Of a DNA stretch of 64,000 nucleotides, positions 28,478 through 37,414 are shown in pieces. Origin of the DNA: an archaeon. GTDB lineage: Archaea > Nanobdellota > Nanobdellia > SCGC-AAA011-G17 > PNOQ01. The notes under the pieces were generated by a model. The model saw nothing but the letters and a program-made list of their open reading frames with translations. It made no database searches and was not told the origin of the DNA. The position numbers and the translations under genes are program-made. How positions within the stretch are numbered: the stretch's first letter is position 1; each line of letters opens with the position of its first letter. The stretch spans positions 244 to 64,243 of the forward strand of contig JABICB010000013.1 in the NCBI GenBank assembly GCA_018652475.1, read 5' to 3'.

Positions 28478-30607
28478 TTAAAATGTAGGTAAAATAGATG
28501 AGGCCAACATACTAAATAAAAGCATGACAATTAAGGAGATTAATAAATAAAGAGTGGTACTTTTTATTAAATTTGATCCAACCTCTGATTGTTCATTAAT
28601 TTTGTCTGGTCCATGTTCAATACCACTAGAAAGAATTGTTAATAGATAAACAATCTGAACAACATATATTCCTACAATTATCTGAAAAAAATAGCTAGGA
28701 ATAGTATCTACCTTATTGAATAATTCAGACATTGCACCCATACCTCCAGTAAAAGTCTGATCACCCTCCATAGTATGTTCAGTCATTATAGATAATTTAG
28801 AGATAACACCCACAATCATCGTGGAGATACCTACAACTATTCCAGCAATGATGGGAGTAAGAAATTTAATTTGACCTTTCATACTGGAAATAATGTCTGC
28901 CAATAAATCTTTTAATCTTTCATTAATTTTATGAATTTTACTTATATAATCTGAAATACTGATTAGTGCTCGAGAAACAACCTGTGGACCTTTATGTGAA
29001 CTTTCAACTAAAACTTCCATAGAACTTTCAATCAAAGGAGTATTATAATTTATTATTGCACCCCTTTCACTATCAAAAATAGCTTCCTTAAGATTCATTC
29101 CACCCTGAGTCAAATTTACATGAATCTTACTAAAAAAATCTCCTGTAGATGTACCTCCCATATTTTCTGCGACATCTTTGAATGCAGACTCAGTAGGAAT
29201 TCCATCCCCAATACGCGTACCTAACTGGAATAAACTAACAGAAAATTCAGATTCTAATTTTTTTATTTCCTTACGAATTTTTCTAGCATCCTTTGTTTTT
29301 GAAGTGAAATATATGCCTGCTCCTACTGCAATCCCTAATGGTAAAAAAAGGCTAAGTAATGCAGCGCCTAAACCAAAAGGACCATAACACTTACCTGTGT
29401 TGAAACATTCAAAATCCAAAAACTTTTCACCCATAAAATTCATATCAAAACCAGGATTAACAGTGTGCAAAATAAATGGTAAAGTACCTAATAATGTGAA
29501 AAGTATAAGTAAAAAAACAGCAAGAGCAGTTGTTCCTTTTTTTGATTTTACTTCTACTGAATTTGCACCATAACCAGTAGGTCGTTGACTAAGTATATTT
29601 GTTCCCATACTATAAACCATTACAGGGAGAATTAAATTGTATAAGAATGCCAAATGCCACCATTGCACTAAACCACCCATAAAACTACCAATTAATGGAA
29701 AAATTACAAGGCCTAAGATTGGTAAAATAACTCCAAGCATATATAACATAGTAATCGGATTTTTCAAATCATGTGCATATTTTAACATACGTTCATATGT
29801 CCCATCCAATATTAATTTTAAACTCTTATCAAGTAATTCAATCCTTCTTTCTTCATTTGGTTCATATAAACTACTCTCTATTAAATGAAATGAATTGACA
29901 AATTCTAAATTATAATCCCTCCATTTAGAAAGATAAAACTCTAAGGATTCTTTCATTGTTGAAAATTTTCCAGTTTCAACATCCCAAAATATTTTCCTAA
30001 GATCTAAAGATAAGGGTGCTCTAATATGGTCTGCAGCAAATTTAAGAGCATTTTCTAAGTTAGAAGTATGTCTCATATAAATAACAATATATAATATACA
30101 TAAAACCATCTGATTACTTGCTTGAAGCCTCCAACGATTAGCTAAACGTATGGGGATCTTTGTAAGTGATTTGAGCGATACTAGTGCGCCCACTACAAAA
30201 AGGAAAGATAACATCAATACAGAACTATTATTGAAAACAAAGTATCCTATGCCCCCTATAAGTACTGCAACAAACATAAATAACGATGCAACAAACATTG
30301 AAAAACTAGCTGCACTAGTAGGAGTTATTTTGAGATGTGTAAATTTTATTGATTCTTCAAGTTGAGTGGAATCTTGTTCAGAAGGTGTAATTTTTATAAT
30401 ACTTTCAGCAAAACTACAAAGTTTTTCATATGTTGAAACTCCTGTAGCCATATATTCTTTTTTAAAAGATTCATATTCTTTAGAAAATCCCGAACTAGGA
30501 GTATAATCTCTAATTTCTTCAGTAGATATATTAGCATCTAATTTAGATTTATACTTATTTAATATTTTTTGTAGTTCCTTTTCGGAAATAGCCATAATGC
30601 ACCTCAA
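28478..30607 (-). CDS. FlaJ/TadC/GspF-like polytopic membrane platform protein of a type IV filament system.
   Basis: At 709 aa it has two blocks of TM helices separated by cytoplasmic domains, as in FlaJ/TadC. Its start overlaps the stop of the upstream ATPase by 4 nt. Confidence 0.65.
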   Translation of the reverse strand: MRCIMAISEKELQKILNKYKSKLDANISTEEIRDYTPSSGFSKEYESFKKEYMATGVSTYEKLCSFAESIIKITPSEQDSTQLEESIKFTHLKITPTSAASFSMFVASLFMFVAVLIGGIGYFVFNNSSVLMLSFLFVVGALVSLKSLTKIPIRLANRWRLQASNQMVLCILYIVIYMRHTSNLENALKFAADHIRAPLSLDLRKIFWDVETGKFSTMKESLEFYLSKWRDYNLEFVNSFHLIESSLYEPNEERRIELLDKSLKLILDGTYERMLKYAHDLKNPITMLYMLGVILPILGLVIFPLIGSFMGGLVQWWHLAFLYNLILPVMVYSMGTNILSQRPTGYGANSVEVKSKKGTTALAVFLLILFTLLGTLPFILHTVNPGFDMNFMGEKFLDFECFNTGKCYGPFGLGAALLSLFLPLGIAVGAGIYFTSKTKDARKIRKEIKKLESEFSVSLFQLGTRIGDGIPTESAFKDVAENMGGTSTGDFFSKIHVNLTQGGMNLKEAIFDSERGAIINYNTPLIESSMEVLVESSHKGPQVVSRALISISDYISKIHKINERLKDLLADIISSMKGQIKFLTPIIAGIVVGISTMIVGVISKLSIMTEHTMEGDQTFTGGMGAMSELFNKVDTIPSYFFQIIVGIYVVQIVYLLTILSSGIEHGPDKINEQSEVGSNLIKSTTLYLLISLIVMLLFSMLASSILPTF

Positions 30608-32886
30608 TTGTTAATATATTTCTTAAACCAATCTTCCCATAGGAAAAAGATTTTTTTACTATTTAAAGCTCCCTCTTTTTTTAACACATCCTGGGAAATT
30701 TTATGAAATTTATCATTTGACAAAATAACAGATTTAGCCTCTAATATATCTGGCCTTTCTAATTTTTTAGAGTAATCCACTATTGTTTGTTTTATTTTAC
30801 CCCTTAATTGAATGTTATCCATCACTGCATCCCAATCCCCAACCCATTCTTTCACAGTACTTGCAATACTTTTTATAATTTCAGAATCTCCATTTATTAA
30901 ATTATCAGTGGGTTCCAATTGATCAGTTTCAACATTATATTTCATAAGATCTACAAATCCATCTTCTTTCAATGGATCATCTGACCAATTTTTTCTAACT
31001 TCAGTTATGCTTAAAACTCTCCTAATTTTATTTAATCCATCTGGAGTTTTTATTGGATTAACAATTATAATTAAATCTGTGGCCTTGAAACTTGTTCGCG
31101 GAACACCAAGGTCATTAACAACCCTATCATAAACAGCATAAGGACTACCTCCATGTATAGTTCCAGCAACAACATTTGCAAGAGCACCAACCCTCATAGC
31201 CTCATATAGTGCTAAAGCTTCCGTACTTCTTATCTCACCAACAATCAAACTACTATCTCCTAATCTTAAACTAGTTCTTATTCCTTCTTCAGCAGACATC
31301 TCTGATCCCCCTGTAGCTAGTGCTGCCCTAACTTTCATAGGTTGAATATTGAAACCTTCTTCCCTGAGAGATTTGACTGGCAACTCCAAAGTATCTTCTA
31401 CAGTAATAATTCTATATTTCCTCATAATCTCCACTAAACAAGAACCCAGTAATGAAGTTTTACCACTACTTCTCGTTCCAGCAACAATCATAGTTCTACC
31501 TCCATCTATCATGAAACTCAAAAGTCCTGCAGCATAAGAATTAATCATCCCATTATTAATGAAAAGAGGTAATGTCCAAGGGTGTTCCCTGTGTCTCCTT
31601 ATTGCATATGCATATCCTAATGGATTAAGAGGCCTACCAATTATTGCAACTCTTGCTTGACCTCCGGGGACTTCTAAATTTGTATCTAAAACTGGATTTG
31701 CTTCATCAAGAGGACGACCACTTATCATTCTAAATTTAGTTGCCCATCCTTCCCCATCTTCCCTACTAGGAATAATATTTGTAACGCATTCCCCAAAATC
31801 CTGATGAACAATATACATTGGAGTTTCGCCAATAGGCCCATTAATTACTATATCTTGTATTTTACTATCTTTCAATAAAACTTCTAATAGTCCAAAACCT
31901 ACAGTGTACCTTACTAAAATTTCTGCAAGAGTGGTAATTTCATCATAAGGTAAAAACATCCCTTTATGTTCTGCTAATTCGACAAGTAAATCCCTCCCTA
32001 TATTAAAAAACGTTCTTCTCATTTTTTGAGGATCGACAAATTCTTCAGAAGTTGGTTTATGTTCTGCTAAAACAGATCTTGCTAAATCTAATAATTCAGA
32101 TTTATCTTCTCGAAGATTGAACTCTGGAGGATTTAAATGATAAATGGGTTTAATATCTTTTTCAGTTTCAAAGATAGTTACAGCAGTCAAACTATCAAGA
32201 CTGTATGCATCTAATTCAACGCCATCTAAGGGGACATCAGACATCAATCTAGTAAACATGAAATTTGGAGAAATTAATGGTCTAAATAAATTTGAATAGA
32301 TTGCCCTATCTCCTATTTCATGACCTTCAACATAATCTTTAGTAATAGAAATTAATTTTGTTCTATCCAGCATCTCAATAGTTTGTATTAATAAATTTAA
32401 GTATGCCTTTTCATCTCTTGCAACTACTTCGGAATTAATTTTTGAAAGTCTTATTTTTTGTTCTCTGATTAATCTTTTTACTTCTACATATGCGCCAACG
32501 GGATCACTTTTTAAAAGATTATTAATAAGATATTGTAAATTAGAAAACTGAGAGGGGTTTGTTCGAAAATATTCAGGAGATGCACCTGCTACCAATCCAC
32601 TCAAAATTCTTTTTTGTTTTAATAAATAAGTATAAAGATTTGCTATTTCCCTCAGTAATGACACTTGTTCAGGCCCATATTGGTAATTTTTTTCGGCAGA
32701 AAGTATTAACCTATTGACAGTAGGAACTTCAATTAATTTATTGATAACATCTGCCATACAAACCTTACTAGTAGAGATAGAGGGAGAATATGAAACTCCG
32801 AGCATATTAATTTTCATTACACTAGTCTGGCCTTCTTCAATAAGGCTATACTCTCCCGGTTTAATCTTTTTTTTAAATTCTGCCAT
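30604..32886 (-). CDS. Type IV filament secretion ATPase (FlaI/GspE/VirB11/TadA superfamily) with a roughly 250-aa N-terminal extension.
   Basis: Walker A MIVAGTRSSGKTSLLG and Walker B ITVEDTLELP, plus the Asp/His boxes, are typical of VirB11/FlaI ATPases. It is the first gene of the operon. Confidence 0.85.
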   Translation of the reverse strand: MAEFKKKIKPGEYSLIEEGQTSVMKINMLGVSYSPSISTSKVCMADVINKLIEVPTVNRLILSAEKNYQYGPEQVSLLREIANLYTYLLKQKRILSGLVAGASPEYFRTNPSQFSNLQYLINNLLKSDPVGAYVEVKRLIREQKIRLSKINSEVVARDEKAYLNLLIQTIEMLDRTKLISITKDYVEGHEIGDRAIYSNLFRPLISPNFMFTRLMSDVPLDGVELDAYSLDSLTAVTIFETEKDIKPIYHLNPPEFNLREDKSELLDLARSVLAEHKPTSEEFVDPQKMRRTFFNIGRDLLVELAEHKGMFLPYDEITTLAEILVRYTVGFGLLEVLLKDSKIQDIVINGPIGETPMYIVHQDFGECVTNIIPSREDGEGWATKFRMISGRPLDEANPVLDTNLEVPGGQARVAIIGRPLNPLGYAYAIRRHREHPWTLPLFINNGMINSYAAGLLSFMIDGGRTMIVAGTRSSGKTSLLGSCLVEIMRKYRIITVEDTLELPVKSLREEGFNIQPMKVRAALATGGSEMSAEEGIRTSLRLGDSSLIVGEIRSTEALALYEAMRVGALANVVAGTIHGGSPYAVYDRVVNDLGVPRTSFKATDLIIIVNPIKTPDGLNKIRRVLSITEVRKNWSDDPLKEDGFVDLMKYNVETDQLEPTDNLINGDSEIIKSIASTVKEWVGDWDAVMDNIQLRGKIKQTIVDYSKKLERPDILEAKSVILSNDKFHKISQDVLKKEGALNSKKIFFLWEDWFKKYINN

Positions 32887-32967
32887 TATACTACTCAGTC
32901 AAGATAACATAACTTTTATTATTAGTTAAATTAATATATTCTTAAATTAAAATAGTTTTCGATTAAA

Positions 32968-33366
32968 ATGGATTCAAAATCAAACAATTTACAAAATCAG
33001 CAGCCAGAACAGGGCATGAATTTAATGATACTAAACAATAGATTGAGAATATTAGAAGAAAGATATAGTACTAATAGGGAAAGAATGTTTGTAATGAATC
33101 AAAATATGATTGAACATTATAAAAAAATAAATTTTGATATTTCTTCATTGAATAAAGAAATGAAAGAATTAAAAGATGAAATTTTCACAATAAAAGAAAC
33201 TGTAAAACATTTAGTTCAAGAATTAGATAATTTTGCAAGAAAAGAACAACTAAAAGTTTTAGAAAAATATATTAATATGTGGAATCCATTTAACTATGTT
33301 ACAGAAGAAGAAGTAGAAAAAATAATAGAAAGGAAGAGGTCAAAGAATGTTAAATCAAAAAAATAA
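32968..33366 (+). CDS. Hypothetical coiled-coil protein, divergent from the pilus operon.
   Basis: Helical heptad-rich sequence. The ORF overlaps the next gene by 20 nt. Confidence 0.3.
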   Translation: MDSKSNNLQNQQPEQGMNLMILNNRLRILEERYSTNRERMFVMNQNMIEHYKKINFDISSLNKEMKELKDEIFTIKETVKHLVQELDNFARKEQLKVLEKYINMWNPFNYVTEEEVEKIIERKRSKNVKSKK

Positions 33367-34030
33367 TCAAAAACAAAATCCAATAAATGAAGTCTCACAA
33401 ATGAAACAAAAAGGCCTAACTAATGAACAAATAATAGGCGAATTAAAAAACAAATCTTATTCTCATGATCAGATAGTTTCGGCTATGGATCAATCAATAA
33501 TAAAACAAGAGGCGGAAAAACCAATAGAATCTGGAAATCCTCTGCCCCCTTCAGGAGGACCAGGACAAGGAGTTCCACTACAATTACCTAGTGCGCCCTC
33601 TCCTTCAAAAAATATAAAAGAAGAACGAGTTCCAGTAACCACTGTACAACCGAATCTTCCAGTTATACAAGAATCACAAATGCCCATAGAAAGACCTAAC
33701 TATGAGATGGTTGAAGAAATTGCTGAATCAGTTGTTAGAGAAAAATGGGAAATACTATTAAATAATTTAGGAAGCATAAATGCTTGGAAAGAAAGGACGA
33801 ATCACGATATTCAATCAATAAAACAAGAAGTTTTGAGAACTCAGCAAAGATTTGATAATTTACAAGCCGCAGTACTGGGACAAGTTAAAGAATATGGAGA
33901 TGGAGTAAAAAATATTGGAGCAGAAATTCAAGCAATTGAAAAGGTATTAGAAAAAATAGTTACACCACTCTCAACAAATATAAAAGAATTGTCTAGAATC
34001 ACGGAAGAGTTAAAAAAGAAAAAGAAATGA
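33347..34030 (+). CDS. Hypothetical protein with a Pro/Gly-rich linker and a C-terminal coiled coil.
   Basis: The middle segment is PLPPSGGPGQGVPLQLPSAPSPS. A long C-terminal helix follows. Confidence 0.3.
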   Translation: MLNQKNNQKQNPINEVSQMKQKGLTNEQIIGELKNKSYSHDQIVSAMDQSIIKQEAEKPIESGNPLPPSGGPGQGVPLQLPSAPSPSKNIKEERVPVTTVQPNLPVIQESQMPIERPNYEMVEEIAESVVREKWEILLNNLGSINAWKERTNHDIQSIKQEVLRTQQRFDNLQAAVLGQVKEYGDGVKNIGAEIQAIEKVLEKIVTPLSTNIKELSRITEELKKKKK

Positions 34031-34567
34031 TTATACATTATCTGAAATATTTTTTATTAGAAAGAAAGATATTAAAAGAATAAAAAAAGCCCCTAATACT
34101 CTGGGGTGAAATATTGTTCTTAATACATCACTAGTTCCTTCTACAGAATAAGGATTAAATACAGGACCAAACACTTTAGTAATTCCTATAATTAAAAAAA
34201 GCATCATTACAACAAATATAGTCAGTCTTCCTCCAACCATTGGCCAAACTTCTTTTTCATCAAATCCGAAAAACATAAACATACTAAATAAAAGCAATAA
34301 AAAAAACATCATGAATACATACCATGGAACAACAAACACCATTAATTTAATTGCACTACCTGAAAAAAGAGATATAAATGCAATAACTAAACTAATAGAA
34401 AAATTCAATCCGCTATTTTCTCCAAGAAGTTTGGTTTTTTCTAAAGTAGCATATAATAAAGTAACAATTAAAATAAATACAAAGACTGGTAAAAAATTCA
34501 TCAAGGAAGTAGGGTCTATCATTTTATCTCTTTTTAATCCATACCACAAAAGCAACTGATAATCCAA
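34031..34567 (-). CDS. Integral membrane protein; member 3 of a tandem paralog triplet.
   Basis: FLPVFVFILIVTLLYATLEKTKLLGEN is conserved with the N-terminal cores of the two upstream paralogs. About 5 TM helices. Confidence 0.45.
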   Translation of the reverse strand: MDYQLLLWYGLKRDKMIDPTSLMNFLPVFVFILIVTLLYATLEKTKLLGENSGLNFSISLVIAFISLFSGSAIKLMVFVVPWYVFMMFFLLLLFSMFMFFGFDEKEVWPMVGGRLTIFVVMMLFLIIGITKVFGPVFNPYSVEGTSDVLRTIFHPRVLGAFFILLISFFLIKNISDNV

Positions 34568-35033
34568 TCAACAACATTACAGATACAACTTCATTACTTA
34601 CATCAAACAATCGATTATACCCATATTGATAAGGAATAAATGACCAAATTGCAGCTCCAACTGCAATAATTGCTGCTAAACCAAATGGGGCAGCAATATT
34701 ATCTCCAGATTTTCCTGTGACTGTTGCTATTAATAACATCATCATTATAGACATAACAATTATTAATGCCATTTTAGATAAATAATTATTCATAAGGATA
34801 ATAACATCAGTATTTATTATTAACATTAATCCTAGTACTGCTGAAAAAAGCAGATTAATATTTGTTTTAGGTACACTAGTAGCAGTAGCTCCAGTACCTG
34901 TTTTAAAAACTCCAAAAATTTGAGATTTTTCTAATACAGCAAAAATTACTGTAAATATTAATAAAAAAGGCAAAACAAACTCATAAAAACCCATGCTTTC
35001 TAATTGATAAAGTAATGAATATAAATTAACCAT
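34524..35033 (-). CDS. Integral membrane protein; member 2 of the tandem paralog triplet.
   Basis: FYEFVLPFLLIFTVIFAVLEKSQIFG aligns with FDVVLPFLLVFAIIFAILEKTFILG of the upstream gene. Confidence 0.45.
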   Translation of the reverse strand: MVNLYSLLYQLESMGFYEFVLPFLLIFTVIFAVLEKSQIFGVFKTGTGATATSVPKTNINLLFSAVLGLMLIINTDVIILMNNYLSKMALIIVMSIMMMLLIATVTGKSGDNIAAPFGLAAIIAVGAAIWSFIPYQYGYNRLFDVSNEVVSVMLLIGLSVAFVVWIKKR

Positions 35034-35571
35034 TCACTTTTCCTCCTTTTGTTATAAAATATAACACTCCACCCATAACAACCAAAAATATGAATATTCC
35101 AGCTATGGGCTCAGTGAATGAACCTAACTTACTTAATAATAAACTTAAGGCGCTTACTCCTTCGAATTTAATTGCACTAGCAAATATTGCTAACAATCCA
35201 ACAAACATCATAATAGTAAACAAAGTATACCATCCTTTATGTTTATCAAGAAGATCTAACTCGCCAGTTTTTAAAAAAACTCCAATCATCATCAGAAATG
35301 AAACAGAAACTATAATTAATAAAACTACATTCGGCAAAGCCTCATTTAAAGCACTAACAACTTTATTCGTTGCAACAGCTAACATTGCAATAACAAATGC
35401 TACAATAGAATTAAGATTCTTTTTTGGTGCGCCATCGGTTTCCTTTCCAAGAATGAACGTTTTTTCTAATATTGCAAAAATAATTGCAAAGACTAATAGA
35501 AAGGGCAATACTACATCAAACATGCCAAAGTCTTTCATAAATTCAATTGATTGTTGTAAAGTTGAAACCAT
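35026..35571 (-). CDS. Integral membrane protein; member 1 of the tandem paralog triplet.
   Basis: Shared N-terminal motif (F/M)(D/E)(F/V)VLPFLL.F..IFA.LEK(S/T). About 5 TM helices. It overlaps the next paralog. Confidence 0.45.
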   Translation of the reverse strand: MVSTLQQSIEFMKDFGMFDVVLPFLLVFAIIFAILEKTFILGKETDGAPKKNLNSIVAFVIAMLAVATNKVVSALNEALPNVVLLIIVSVSFLMMIGVFLKTGELDLLDKHKGWYTLFTIMMFVGLLAIFASAIKFEGVSALSLLLSKLGSFTEPIAGIFIFLVVMGGVLYFITKGGKVNG

Positions 35572-35613
35572 TTATCTAAATAATAAAAAAAAGAGTATTT
35601 AAAATTTATGTTT

Positions 35614-35895
35614 TTATTCGACCTCTTCAATCTGTTGATCTTCGTCATGCATTGGTACTGCTGCCTTACTAATTATGACAATATCACTCATTGCCTTAAC
35701 TAATTGATGTGGAATTATTACTCCCTTAGCACCACCAAGTATTTTTGAAAGATAAGATCGTTTTGTCGCCTTAACTCTCCATCCAAATATTTTATTTGCA
35801 GTTAATATTGATTCTTCTATATCTCCGAAATAATCTCCAGAATCAGTATAAACTTCCATATCATAAGTTTCATTTATTTGTTTAGTTTTTAACAT
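35614..35895 (-). CDS. PRC-barrel domain protein.
   Basis: About 90 aa. EVYTDSGDYFGDIEESIL...GVIIPHQLVKAMSDIVII has the PRC-barrel-like pattern common in archaea. It is paralogous to 47271..47558. Confidence 0.5.
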   Translation of the reverse strand: MLKTKQINETYDMEVYTDSGDYFGDIEESILTANKIFGWRVKATKRSYLSKILGGAKGVIIPHQLVKAMSDIVIISKAAVPMHDEDQQIEEVE

Positions 35896-35959
35896 CTTAT
35901 TCCTCCCTTACTAGATATCCAATCAGAAGTCTTTTAAACTTTATATATCTTTCTACGAC

Positions 35960-36652
35960 ATGATTAAACACAACAATTTGACGCTAATTGGTACATCTCA
36001 CATAGCTAAAGAAAGCATAGAATTAGTAAAATCAACATTTTTGAAAATAAATCCAGACATAGTAGCAGTAGAATTAGACAGGGAGCGAGCATTCTCATTG
36101 ATGCACCCTCAAAAAAAGAAAAATTCAATAAAGGGAATAAAACAAATAGGAATTACTGGTTTTATTTTCAACATTATGGGAGCATATATAGAAAAAAAAT
36201 TAGGAAAATTAGTCGGAACAAAACCAGGCGATGAAATAAGAACAGCCATGATTCTTGCAAGAGATAACGACAAACAAGTAGCATTAATAGATCAGAATAT
36301 TAAAATAACCTTAAAAAAATTAAATAATGAGATAACATGGAAAGAAAAATTCAAATTAATATTTGATATTTTATTTGCAGGATTTAACAAACAAAAAATT
36401 AAAAATATTAATTTATCTGAAGTACCTGATAAAAAAATAATAAATGAATTAATAAAAATCGTTAAGGGAAGATACCCTTCTATCTATAAAGTATTAATTA
36501 AAGAAAGGGATATATTTCTTGCACAAAATTTAAATAAACTAATGAATGATTATCCTAATAAGGAAATATTAGGGATTGTGGGTGCAGGACACGAAGAATC
36601 AATAATAACTTATTTAAAAAATGTTCAAAATGAAAATAATAAACAAGATTGA
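35960..36652 (+). CDS. TraB/GumN family protein.
   Basis: NLTLIGTSHIAKESIELVK matches the TraB family start (LiGTaHvS..S). GHEESI occurs near the C-terminus. Confidence 0.55.
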   Translation: MIKHNNLTLIGTSHIAKESIELVKSTFLKINPDIVAVELDRERAFSLMHPQKKKNSIKGIKQIGITGFIFNIMGAYIEKKLGKLVGTKPGDEIRTAMILARDNDKQVALIDQNIKITLKKLNNEITWKEKFKLIFDILFAGFNKQKIKNINLSEVPDKKIINELIKIVKGRYPSIYKVLIKERDIFLAQNLNKLMNDYPNKEILGIVGAGHEESIITYLKNVQNENNKQD

Positions 36653-37358
36653 AATTAAACATATTTTTATATCTTCTATAATAATTGGGTTCTTATTTTC
36701 TTTTGATTCATTTACAATAAATACATGGTTTAAAAATTCAATATTGGGTGCAATGGCAGTCATAATAAACATAATAGGGCACAAACTAATTGCAAACAAA
36801 AAAGGTTGTACCTCCGAATATAGAATTTGGAACATAAAGAGGTATGGATTTAGAAAACAAAATAAATTACCGAAAAAAATATTCAAGAAAAAAATAAATT
36901 CAATTCCTTCGGGAATAATATTTCCATTAATATTATCATTCTTGAGCCTAGGTGGAATAAAAGCACTATTTATAGGTACAAATAATATAAAAGAAGTAGT
37001 TTATAAAAGAGTAAAAAGAAAATACGAAAAAATAACAGAAGTGGAATTAGCAGTAATTGCAACAATAGGAACCTTAACAAGTTTATTTATTGCATTAATC
37101 TTTCAAATATTAAATTTTAAAGGATTTGAACATTTTATTACTATGAATTATTTAATTGCAATATATTCTTTAATTCCCTTAGAAAACTTAGATGGAATAA
37201 AGATATTATTTGGATCTTTACCTATATATTTATTTACATTAATATTGATAATTGCATCACTAGTCTTAATCAATATTACAAGTTTAATTTTGACAATATT
37301 ATTGGCAATAATAATAGCGACAATAATTACTGGGACATATTTCTATAAATCATATTAA
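36621..37358 (+). CDS. Hypothetical polytopic membrane protein.
   Basis: About 6 hydrophobic helices. It overlaps the TraB stop and may be co-transcribed with it. Confidence 0.35.
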   Translation: MFKMKIINKIEIKHIFISSIIIGFLFSFDSFTINTWFKNSILGAMAVIINIIGHKLIANKKGCTSEYRIWNIKRYGFRKQNKLPKKIFKKKINSIPSGIIFPLILSFLSLGGIKALFIGTNNIKEVVYKRVKRKYEKITEVELAVIATIGTLTSLFIALIFQILNFKGFEHFITMNYLIAIYSLIPLENLDGIKILFGSLPIYLFTLILIIASLVLINITSLILTILLAIIIATIITGTYFYKSY

Positions 37359-37414
37359 TATTATTGACAAACACCTACTGACACATTTATAAATATATTT
37401 AGAAATTCTAAAAT

